NCBI GenBank assembly: GCA_963663035.1
Contig: OY760074.1
Span: 1,472,001 to 1,536,000, forward strand
Direction of reading: 5' to 3'
Source: Acidobacteriota bacterium
Lineage (GTDB): Bacteria; Acidobacteriota; UBA6911; RPQK01; JADFOI01
Length of the DNA: 64,000 nt
Position numbers and translations under genes: made by a program. Under the pieces are notes generated by a model. It ran no database searches and was not told the origin of the DNA. It saw only the letters and a program-made list of their open reading frames with translations. Positions within the stretch are counted from its first letter, which is position 1; every line of letters begins with the position of its first letter. Below, one piece after another: positions 21,840 through 29,951 of this stretch.

Positions 21840-22390
21840 CTTTGGTCCAGAGAAGCCGCGTTCCCGCCGGCTTCTTCTTTGCCTGTATATACCTTTACTT
21901 TTCCCAGCCTCGACTGGGCTTTTTCGCGGCTGGGCTGGCCGTGGCAGCCTCGGGTCTGGCCCTTCGTATCTGGGCATCGGGCCATCTGGAAAAAGGGATT
22001 CGACTGGCCGTCCAGGGCCCCTATCAAAGGACGAGAAATCCACTTTACCTGGGATCCTTTCTGATGGGTCTTGGCTTCACCCTGGCGGCGGCTACCCCAT
22101 GGCTCCTGGCCTTCTTTCTTGTTCTCTTTCCGACCATTTATATTCCCGTGATGCGACGAGAAGAGCAGGAACTCGAACAGGCTTTCGGCCACGATTTCGA
22201 AGTCTATCGTCTCCGAGTCCCTCTGTTTGTGCCCCGTCTCAAGACTCGTGGCCCCGCTCAAGAGTTGTTAGAAGCGGGTGCCGAGCGCAACTTTCAGTGG
22301 CACCGTGTAATCTTAAACCGTGAGTACAAGGCGGTGATCGGATTTCTGATCGTTTCCATTTGGGTGGGAGTGAAAATGCTATGGACCTGA
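21836..22390 (+). CDS. Isoprenylcysteine carboxyl methyltransferase/PEMT-family membrane protein
   Basis: GPYQRTRNPLYLGS, EEQEL...FG..F..Y...VP. Confidence 0.85.
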   Translation: MTLVQRSRVPAGFFFACIYLYFSQPRLGFFAAGLAVAASGLALRIWASGHLEKGIRLAVQGPYQRTRNPLYLGSFLMGLGFTLAAATPWLLAFFLVLFPTIYIPVMRREEQELEQAFGHDFEVYRLRVPLFVPRLKTRGPAQELLEAGAERNFQWHRVILNREYKAVIGFLIVSIWVGVKMLWT

Positions 22391-23238
22391 GTCGAGGCTC
22401 TGTTTGTATGCTGGCCGCGTGTCTCTCCCTGGCCATGATCATTGAGGTTGGGTCCCAGAGCGATCCCCTGCCCCTGTTGAGTGAGAAACAAGACTATTCG
22501 GTGCCCTTTCAGGAGGGGGAAACACTTCGCTACGAGGTCAATTGGAAGCCTCTCTTTCTCATTCCGGCTTTTAAAGCCGGTGAGCTGACCTTTAAAATCC
22601 ATGAGTCCGAATACAAGGAGCACCCGACCTACACCATCTCCGCCTCGGCCTTCTCAGCTGGTTTGCTCAGTTCCATTACTGGTATGGAAGTACGGGATTA
22701 CTTCGAGTCCAACATCGATCGCGAAACCTTTCGTTCCTACCGGCTATTGAGACAGGTTCGCCAAAACAAGCGCAAAAGAGACCTGGAAGTTTTCTTTGAG
22801 TATGAACACAACACCATCCAGGTGCATGAGACCAATCTGGCGATGGATCCACCTGAGGAGGTTCACAAGACGATTGAGGGAATCCCCGGACCCATCACCG
22901 ACATACTCTCGGTCTTCTATGTGGCCCGGCTGCACCAAATGGAGCCCGGTCAGGAGTACCTGCTCCACTTGAGTGAGCGAGGAGAAGCCAAGCAGGTCCG
23001 AATCCAGGTCCAGCAATACGAAAAGGTGCAAACCGCCGTCGGCGAGTATGACTCCGTTCGGATCAGCACGGTGGGTGGACTCTTCCGGGATGGAGGGGAC
23101 TTTCGCATCTGGTATTCCAAAGATCAGCTGCGCATTCCTGTTCAATTCGAAGCTGAAGTGAAGTTCGGCAAAATTTACGGAACGGTTATCGGTATAGAAA
23201 CGCCCCAAATGAGCCGCACTGTGATTGAGATCGAGTAG
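22381..23238 (+). CDS. Secreted DUF3108-like protein
   Basis: Signal peptide; PFQEGETLRYEV, IWYSKDQLRIPV. Confidence 0.7.
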   Translation: MDLSRGSVCMLAACLSLAMIIEVGSQSDPLPLLSEKQDYSVPFQEGETLRYEVNWKPLFLIPAFKAGELTFKIHESEYKEHPTYTISASAFSAGLLSSITGMEVRDYFESNIDRETFRSYRLLRQVRQNKRKRDLEVFFEYEHNTIQVHETNLAMDPPEEVHKTIEGIPGPITDILSVFYVARLHQMEPGQEYLLHLSERGEAKQVRIQVQQYEKVQTAVGEYDSVRISTVGGLFRDGGDFRIWYSKDQLRIPVQFEAEVKFGKIYGTVIGIETPQMSRTVIEIE

Positions 23239-23262
23239 GAGGGGAAACTTCCAGTTATGGCG

Positions 23263-23271
23263 TGGTACAAT
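23263..23271 (+). promoter_or_regulatory. Extended -10 promoter of rnpB
   Basis: TGGTACAAT just upstream of the rnpB P1 helix. Confidence 0.5.
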
Positions 23272-23284
23272 AAGGGATTCGAAC

Positions 23285-23672
23285 CCGGCAAGTAGAGAGG
23301 GTGATCGCCTTTCGGGCCCGGCCTGGAAGGAGGAAAGTCCGAGCACCACAGGGCAGCGTGCTTCCTAACGGGAAGGGGGGGTGACCCTACGGAAAGTGCC
23401 ACAGAAAACATACCGCCTGAGAATTCTTAGGTAAGGGTGAAAAGGTGGGGTAAGAGCCCACCGCTTCGATGGTGACATCGAAGGCACGGTAAACCCCACG
23501 CGGTGCAAGGCCAAATAGGCTCCGTGTTGTACTGGCCCGGTTAGTCCATCGAGTTTACTCGATGGAGGCGGAGCGGGTAAGCCGCTTGAGGATTGGGGCG
23601 ACTCAATCCCTAGAGGAATGATCACCGCCCTGAAAAGGGATACAGGACTCGGCTTACATCTCTACTTGCCGG
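23285..23672 (+). ncRNA. rnpB: RNase P RNA (bacterial type A)
   Basis: GAGGAAAGTCC, AAGTGCCACAGAAA, GGTAAACCCC, ACAGGACTCGGCTTAC; terminal P1 CCGGCAAGTAGAGA/TCTCTACTTGCCGG. Confidence 0.97.
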
Positions 23673-23737
23673 AAACTTCTGACCGGCCGATCGGTCGGCG
23701 GACATGTCTTTTCGCGACTGTCACTTTTCTCCTCCGA

Positions 23738-23746
23738 TGATACAAT
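23738..23746 (+). promoter_or_regulatory. Extended -10 promoter of tRNA-Ala
   Basis: TGATACAAT 16 nt upstream of the tRNA. Confidence 0.45.
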
Positions 23747-23762
23747 ACAGCCTCTCTTGGGT

Positions 23763-23839
23763 GGGGACGTAGCTCAGTCCGGAAGAGCGCCTGACTCGCA
23801 CTTAGGAGGTCGAGGGTTCGAATCCCTTCGTCTCCACCA
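23763..23839 (+). tRNA. tRNA-Ala(CGC)
   Basis: Acceptor GGGGACG/CGTCTCC with G3:U70; anticodon arm CCTGA-CTCGCAC-TTAGG; GGTTCGAATCC; encoded CCA. Confidence 0.97.
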
Positions 23840-23850
23840 CCCTTGCTTGG

Positions 23851-25145
23851 TGCATTCCGGACACATAGGTTACAGTTTATTCCGAAGACATAGGTAACAC
23901 CTTTGCACCAAAAGGGTTATTTATAGGTTCAAACCTTCTACTGTCTTCGTCAAAGTAACCGAGGTCGTATTCCATAAACGACACCAGCCAAATTTTCTCT
24001 TTGACCTCTTTGATTCCAACATCTTGACCAGCAAACACCGTGCTGAAGTTGATCTTTTGACTTTTCATACAGATTCTGCCGCAGCTGGTGACGGTCACGG
24101 TGCGATCGTGCATGGGGTACTCGACGCGCCCGATTCCTCGGTAGGGACAAGATGCGGGAGTATAGACCTCGGACGGAAACTTCATGCCCAGGGCCTCATG
24201 AGGTCTCTCAGTATTGTATTCCGCCTGAAAGGCATTAAACCTCTCTTGCTGCTGAAGAAGGTTGTGGGCAGCGGGAACGACTGTGGCCTTCTTGAGGGTG
24301 AGATGAAGGCGCTCATGCCTTCCGTTCTGCTCGGGATGGCCGGGCTTGATCCTCTCGATTCGGATTCCTAGCCTAAGCCACCAGACGGCCAGTCGACTGA
24401 GTCCAAACAATCCGTTGGGTGATGCAAAAGGGACTCCGTTGTCCGTGCGGATCGCTTCCGGCAAACCTAACTCTTGAAAGGTTCTCTCGAATACGGGGAA
24501 AGCACCTCTTTCCTTAACACTGTCGAGAGCCTCGATGGCGAGCAGATAACGGCTGGCGTGATCGCTCACGGTGAGAGGATAACAGTACCGTTTGTCTCCC
24601 AGCATGAACTCTCCTTTGAAGTCGGCAGACCAAAGGTCATTGGGATTCTGGCTGCTGGACAATCGAGTCCCCTCTGCCTTGAACCGTCGCCGTTTTCTAC
24701 AGTTCACCAGGCCGTTGCGATCCAGAACCGCGTGAACTGTGCTCACCGCAGGCGGCCGTACATTCGGAAACCTACGAATCAGGAGCGCCCGAATCTTGGG
24801 AGCTCCCCAATACGGCTTCTCTCGCTTTAGCCTGACCAGGGTCCGTTCCACCTGTTCGGGCAGTTGGTTTCCGTAACGATGCGGCTTGCGGCTCCGATCC
24901 ACCAGGGCGTAAGCGCCGGTGTTTTGATAGCGGTTCCAAATCTTGTAGCCCGTCTTTCTGGATATCCCAAACTCCTCACACAGACGGCTCATGGACTCCC
25001 CATCCAACAGCTTCGCTATAAATCTCATTCTCTCGTCCATCACACAGATCTCCTTCCATGGCATCTCTGGGCACCTCCCAGAAGAAGCCTATAAGTGTTA
25101 CCCATGTGTCCGGTATAATTTGTTACCCATCTTTCGGAATGGGCA
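23851..25145 (-). mobile_element. IS481-family insertion sequence
   Basis: Imperfect inverted ends, each with two tandem ~25-bp motifs (TTCCG-A-A-AT-GGT-ACA); CTTGG direct repeat at 23846-23850 and 25146-25150; exact left end uncertain by ~2 nt. Confidence 0.88.
23877..25064 (-). CDS. IS481-family DDE transposase
   Basis: MPWKE start, HTH (FGISRKTGYK), rve core WSADFKG, IRTDNG, PEQNGRHER. Confidence 0.95.
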   Translation of the reverse strand: MPWKEICVMDERMRFIAKLLDGESMSRLCEEFGISRKTGYKIWNRYQNTGAYALVDRSRKPHRYGNQLPEQVERTLVRLKREKPYWGAPKIRALLIRRFPNVRPPAVSTVHAVLDRNGLVNCRKRRRFKAEGTRLSSSQNPNDLWSADFKGEFMLGDKRYCYPLTVSDHASRYLLAIEALDSVKERGAFPVFERTFQELGLPEAIRTDNGVPFASPNGLFGLSRLAVWWLRLGIRIERIKPGHPEQNGRHERLHLTLKKATVVPAAHNLLQQQERFNAFQAEYNTERPHEALGMKFPSEVYTPASCPYRGIGRVEYPMHDRTVTVTSCGRICMKSQKINFSTVFAGQDVGIKEVKEKIWLVSFMEYDLGYFDEDSRRFEPINNPFGAKVLPMSSE

Positions 25146-25263
25146 CTTGGTGCCACGGATCTGATAGCATTAGGTCGGAGTCCAATTTCGACAGGTGGTT
25201 TGCCGGTGGCTGTCCGGTTGCCGGTCGCCTCCAGAAGCCGAACCCTTCAGCTAGGAGAAGAAT

Positions 25264-25656
25264 ATGGCTTGCCAACACCATCATAAATGCTCCCCTGTCA
25301 TGTTTGCAGCGCTACTCGTGATCACCAGTGCTTTCGTGACTTTCGGTCAAGGTCGGGAGGTCTACGCAAAGCGCTTTGAGATTCTGGATCTGATGAACTT
25401 GAAGCCCGGAATGAATGTGGCCGAGATCAAGAAGGCACTGCGACCGGACGGTCTCTTTTTGCTGATTGATGCCGAGCGGATCACGGGTCTTACCTCGGAA
25501 GGCCGTATGGAGATGGTGCGGTCCGGCAAAGGCACCTTCACCGACGAAATGATCAATGCGGGCTTCAAGTTGGAGGAGGAAATTGACCTGTTCGAGCTCG
25601 ACTACGTCCTCAAGTTCCGCCACCGGCAGATTCAGGAAACGTCGGATACCATGTAG
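25264..25656 (+). pseudogene. Internally deleted class I SAM methyltransferase
   Basis: ILDLMNLKPGMNVAEI runs directly into KKALRPDGLFLLID; the GxGxG motif and central core are missing. Confidence 0.6.
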
Positions 25657-25711
25657 CATTGAAGTATATGCATTTTCTCCGAACAGGGAGAAAGTGGGAT
25701 TGGAGGCAAAA

Positions 25712-26189
25712 ATGAATCGTGGTGCCGCGCGCATGCGAATGACACTGATTGGTGCAGTCCTCACACTTATTGCGAGCATGACCTTATCGGGTCAACGGTT
25801 TCCAACCCAGGAACCCGGTCATTGTCTACAAGAGCCCGACCTGAGGGTGCTGCGTCAAGTGGGTGGGTCACCTACAATCCAAGAATTTTAAGGTCAATAC
25901 GCTTGCAGCGACGAATACCCAGATCAACACCATTAAGGACAAGTATGGGGTGCCGCGGAATCTCCGCTCCTGCCACACCGGACTGGTGGAAAACTATGTG
26001 ATCGAGGGCCACGTACCGGGAGATGTAATCCTTCGTCTATTGATAGAGAAGCCGGCTATAGTCGGAATTGCGGTTCCAGGTATGCCGGTGGGTTCCCCGG
26101 GGATGGAAGGTCCGAATCCTCAACCCTACAGTGTCTATTCGTTCGACAAAGAGGGCCGCGTGAAGGTCTACGCCCAAATTAATCCCTGA
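25712..26189 (+). CDS. DUF411-like secreted metal-binding protein with frameshift and in-frame TGA (candidate selenoprotein or pseudogene)
   Basis: Signal peptide from ATG 25712 in one frame; VIVYKSPT*GCCVKW...SCHT...IEGHVP...AVPGMPVGSPGME in another; TGA at 25842-25844 replaces the first Cys of CGCC. Confidence 0.75.
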
Positions 26190-26206
26190 ACTAGTTTACC
26201 TTCGTT

Positions 26207-26242
26207 TAGCCCGCATTTCTCACACCAGGTCGCCACGGAGCG
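26207..26242. repeat. Solo terminal fragment of family B element
   Basis: TAGCCCGCATTTCTCACACCAGGTCG matches reverse complement of the right end of 33347-33583 with 1 mismatch. Confidence 0.7.
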
Positions 26243-26333
26243 AGGGTAAGCGGGCGAAAAGACACTATCCGGATAGGCCGCTTCGTCGATGGGGCTGTGA
26301 GCTGGTCTGTTGCAGGTTACGGGTGACTTTCGA

Positions 26334-26723
26334 TCAGTCCTCGAAGCCGTCCCAAAGAGCCTCCCCATACTTATTGGGCTCAGCCTTTCCGGGCAGTAAG
26401 GCGAGAAACAGTGGGCTTATGAATCCGACCAACGGAATAGCCAGGGTGAGGTTCATCCACCCAGACCAGCCAATGTCGTGCCACCGTTTTGTGAAAATCG
26501 CTAGCGACATCCATATGCTTACGCCAAGGATAATCACCATAGGAGCAATCAGGGGAGCAACCAGGAGAAGATTGGGGTCCCCAGTAAGTGGAATGAGACC
26601 TCCAATCTCGATAATTAAGCCCAGCAACATCACTGCGAATATGATCACTGAAAAGTGTGCTACCCAAAATGTGCCAAGATCTATGCGACCCTTAAATGAA
26701 AATAAGATTTCACCGACTGACAT
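26334..26723 (-). CDS. DUF805-family membrane protein
   Basis: LFSFKGRI, KRWHDIGWSGW, PG...PNKYG. Confidence 0.9.
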   Translation of the reverse strand: MSVGEILFSFKGRIDLGTFWVAHFSVIIFAVMLLGLIIEIGGLIPLTGDPNLLLVAPLIAPMVIILGVSIWMSLAIFTKRWHDIGWSGWMNLTLAIPLVGFISPLFLALLPGKAEPNKYGEALWDGFED

Positions 26724-26782
26724 GGAACACCTCCATTACCTGTGTATTCTTTCCAGATAATACCGCCAGTAGAAGGGCATAA

Positions 26783-26936
26783 GCAGTGATCGCAGTCACT
26801 ATCGTGAAGGAGAGTTATCGGTGGCTCTACAGGTCCGTAAGCGGTCCATAAAAAAAAAGGGTTTCACCCGAAATCACCCACCTCGCACAGGTAAAACATG
26901 CAATATCACGGTACTGGGCAGTGATCGCAGTCACTA
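26783..26936. promoter_or_regulatory. Two identical CRP/FNR-family-like palindromic sites
   Basis: GCAGTGATCGCAGTCACTA at 26783-26801 and 26918-26936 (core AGTGA-N6-TCACT). Confidence 0.55.
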
Positions 26937-27177
26937 GTACTAAAAAATGCAAAGGTAAACTGTGAATGAGCGCAGGGATTTACTATAGCTCTGCTGCTTG
27001 CCATAGAGGCAAGTCCTTCTTCTTTAGAGGGCTTGCCTTTTTTTCTGCCAACCTTTGATTGAAACAATTTTGAGCCAAGTTGATCTAAGAGGAAAGGTAG
27101 AACAGGTTCGGCATATCGTCAGAGAACTTCTATAGACTTTATCCTGGGTTTTTTTGCAAGGAAAAGGAGGGATTGTC

Positions 27178-28185
27178 ATGAAACTCAACAAGTACAACGC
27201 AATCTTTGTTCTCCTGGTGTTCTCTTTCAGCACCCCGGTGATGCTTTGGGCTGCACAGGAGACAGGCACCTTGCCCACCATTCAGGCTCCCCCTGGAATG
27301 ATGGAAACCAAAGGTGTGGTGGTCGAACGCTTACCTGACGGCTTCACCTTGCGCAATGAGCGGGGTTTAGAACTCGCCGTCACCGTCACGGATCTAACCG
27401 TCATCAAGGAAAAGAAACGCAATTTTTTTCGTAAGGCCATCGACTATTCCTCACAACAGCTTCACCTGGGTCTCAAGGTCCAAGTGGAGGGCCATGGTGA
27501 CCGCTGGGGTGCTCTGGTGGCACACGAGATTAAGTTCACTCAGGACGACCTCAAGATTGCCCAGATCATCTCTTCACGGGTTTCACCTGTAGAGATGCGT
27601 GTGCAGGAGGCTCATCTTCGTCAAGACCGTCTCGAGGAACAGAGTGAGGTCATGTCAGGCCACATAACGGAATTGAATGAGGCTTTCGGGATAGCACGAG
27701 GTGAAGCCCAGGATGCTCGAAGTACTGCCGATCGAGCGCTTTCCCGTGTCGATCGCACAGATGACCGCATTTCCGCACTTGACGAGTACACGGAGATGCA
27801 GTTTCTCAGCATCCAGTTTGACTTCAATAGTGCAAACCTTTCACCGAATGCCACAGCAAAGCTCGATGCACTTGGCAGTCAGGTAAAGGGTGTCAAAGGG
27901 TTTCTGATCGAGGTGAGAGGATTTGCTTCATCGGACGGAGACAGTGACTACAACATTCGCCTGAGCGAGCGTCGAGCTGAGTTGGTGGTGCGGTACCTGG
28001 TCGAGAACCTCCAGGTTCCCTTACGACGAGTCGTCACACCACACGGATTCGGAGAGATGAGCCCAGTGGCCGAGAACTCGAGTCTTCAGGGACGCAGAGA
28101 GAATCGCCGGGTGGAAGTTCGCGTGCTCCTCAATCAGGGCCTGGAGTCAGCCCATCTGGATGCCATGTACAAACCCCTGAAGTAG
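27178..28185 (+). CDS. OmpA-family protein (N-terminal beta domain, coiled coil, C-terminal peptidoglycan-binding domain)
   Basis: Signal peptide; FDFNSANL, YNIRLSERRA, GFGE, GRRENRRVEV. Confidence 0.9.
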   Translation: MKLNKYNAIFVLLVFSFSTPVMLWAAQETGTLPTIQAPPGMMETKGVVVERLPDGFTLRNERGLELAVTVTDLTVIKEKKRNFFRKAIDYSSQQLHLGLKVQVEGHGDRWGALVAHEIKFTQDDLKIAQIISSRVSPVEMRVQEAHLRQDRLEEQSEVMSGHITELNEAFGIARGEAQDARSTADRALSRVDRTDDRISALDEYTEMQFLSIQFDFNSANLSPNATAKLDALGSQVKGVKGFLIEVRGFASSDGDSDYNIRLSERRAELVVRYLVENLQVPLRRVVTPHGFGEMSPVAENSSLQGRRENRRVEVRVLLNQGLESAHLDAMYKPLK

Positions 28186-28240
28186 ACCCACCTTCTATAC
28201 GCCCATAGGCAGCTGATACACTTTGACGGCAAGAGCGAGC

Positions 28241-28293
28241 AGCCGGGATTACTCATAATCCCGGCTAGCCCGGCTTGTGCATCATCCGGGCTA
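28241..28293. repeat. Two adjacent collapsed hairpins made of family B terminal repeats
   Basis: AGCCGGGATTA-CTCA-TAATCCCGGCT then AGCCCGG-CTTGTGCATCAT-CCGGGCT; arms match the ends of 45367-45579. Confidence 0.65.
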
Positions 28294-28319
28294 GCAGTGA
28301 AAAGCGTCGTGAATGCCCT

Positions 28320-29951
28320 ATGGGAAAAAGTGTTTTAGGGAAAAAGCTTTTTGCCCTTTTTTCTCTGGGCTTGTTTTCTGCCCTTATCTTTGGTTACTTG
28401 TGGTGGGGAAGATTTCAGTACTATCACGACCGCTACATCTTTATAGTCTTTGCAGGCGGGCTATTCCTCGTTGCCGCTAACCACCTCTACCACCGCGACA
28501 CCCTCAGAAGGCTGGGTCTTCGAATGGACAATTTTCGAAGGGCTGCCCTTTGGTACGGGGGAACCACACTGGTCCTGGGAGCCGGCATTGCTGCGCTGGG
28601 GTGGCTCAGTGGGGATTTGCGGCTGGATCGCTGGAGTGATCTGGTCACCTATTTCGCCTGGGCAGCAATCCAGCAGTACCTCCTTCAAAACTTCCTGCGA
28701 CTGCGCAGTGAGGATCTGATCGGTTCAGCGAAGACATCTTCTTCTGCTGTTGGAGGCTCCCTCATGCCAGTCTTCCTCACCGCAACGCTTTTCGCACTCT
28801 ATCACCTGCCCAACTATCCTCTGGTCTGCATGACATTTGTGGGTGGATTGTTTTGGTGCTTCTTATATGCTCTGATACCCAACTTCTATTGGGCTTGGCT
28901 GTCACAGGCTTTCCTGGTCACCATCGTTACCGTCTTTTTCAAGTATGACGTAGCGAACCAGTTTCAGGTCGGGTTGCCAGGATACGGCTACCCCTTTTAT
29001 GGAAGCGGGGTCAAAGTAGCGGCCGGTTATGACGCCGACAAGAACCCTGTCATCGCCACTCTTCCCGGTGCCGACAAAGGAACGAAGGCTCGCGTCAAAA
29101 TCTTCACTGTTGGAGGGCTTGCTCTGGCAGAATGGGATGCTTTTGAGGAACTGGAATTCTCGGGCGAGATCTCGGTGGGGGAGCTTGGATTCGGCCCGGG
29201 AGATGAAGTGGCCATTGCAGCGGGACCCGGTCCCAACAACCCTCCTCTGGTTCGCATTTTTGACCTCGATGGCAAGCTTCTTGGTCAGTTTAGGGTGGAA
29301 GACATGGATCGGGGATTCGGGGCCTGGGCCTCGATTGACTGCGGAAAATTATATGTCTCGCCTGGGCCTGGTCCGGGGCGGCCCCAGCAGGTTCTTGAAT
29401 TCAGCCCAGCGGGCCAACTTCTCAGGCAATGGGACTTTGACGACCTGGGCCTGGTCAACGGACTGCGGTCGGCGGCACTCTGTTCGGACACCGCTCTTTC
29501 AGAGAACGGCTCTCCTGTTCCTCAAGGAGAAACAAGTCATCTGCTGATGTGGGCATCGGACATCTCGGTAAACCACTCCACGTTATTTATTTACGATCTC
29601 GTCCAGAGTTCACTCCGATCAATAGAAACACTGGGGACAGACTTTGGAGTCAACCTCACCCTGGTTCAGCTTGCAGAAAATCGCCTGGGGGTGGGGGTGG
29701 CTCCAGGCCCCCTGCACGGCTATCCTCCTCTGATCCAGGGCTTTGATCTGAAGGGGGAAAAACTGTGGGCTTTCTTCGGCTTTGAGGACCCCGACAGTTA
29801 CGGCAGCAACATCGCTGCTGTTGATATCGACGGCGACGGTGAGGATGAACTGGTCCTTGGCGAGGGAATTGGTCCTGAGCGCCCTCCCATGGTTCGCATC
29901 GTCAGGCTCAATGGGCAGCTCGTGACCTCTTGGAGAGCCTACCCAGAATGA
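28320..29951 (+). CDS. CPBP/Abi-like membrane domain fused to FG-GAP-like repeat domain
   Basis: Multiple TM segments with QQYLLQNF and FALYHLPN; C-terminal GPGP...P.VRIFD repeats and VDIDGDGEDELVLG. Confidence 0.7.
   Translation: MGKSVLGKKLFALFSLGLFSALIFGYLWWGRFQYYHDRYIFIVFAGGLFLVAANHLYHRDTLRRLGLRMDNFRRAALWYGGTTLVLGAGIAALGWLSGDLRLDRWSDLVTYFAWAAIQQYLLQNFLRLRSEDLIGSAKTSSSAVGGSLMPVFLTATLFALYHLPNYPLVCMTFVGGLFWCFLYALIPNFYWAWLSQAFLVTIVTVFFKYDVANQFQVGLPGYGYPFYGSGVKVAAGYDADKNPVIATLPGADKGTKARVKIFTVGGLALAEWDAFEELEFSGEISVGELGFGPGDEVAIAAGPGPNNPPLVRIFDLDGKLLGQFRVEDMDRGFGAWASIDCGKLYVSPGPGPGRPQQVLEFSPAGQLLRQWDFDDLGLVNGLRSAALCSDTALSENGSPVPQGETSHLLMWASDISVNHSTLFIYDLVQSSLRSIETLGTDFGVNLTLVQLAENRLGVGVAPGPLHGYPPLIQGFDLKGEKLWAFFGFEDPDSYGSNIAAVDIDGDGEDELVLGEGIGPERPPMVRIVRLNGQLVTSWRAYPE

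Noticed and set aside
23175-23625. Minus-strand ORFs of 78 and 86 aa
   Set aside because: Antisense shadows of rnpB.
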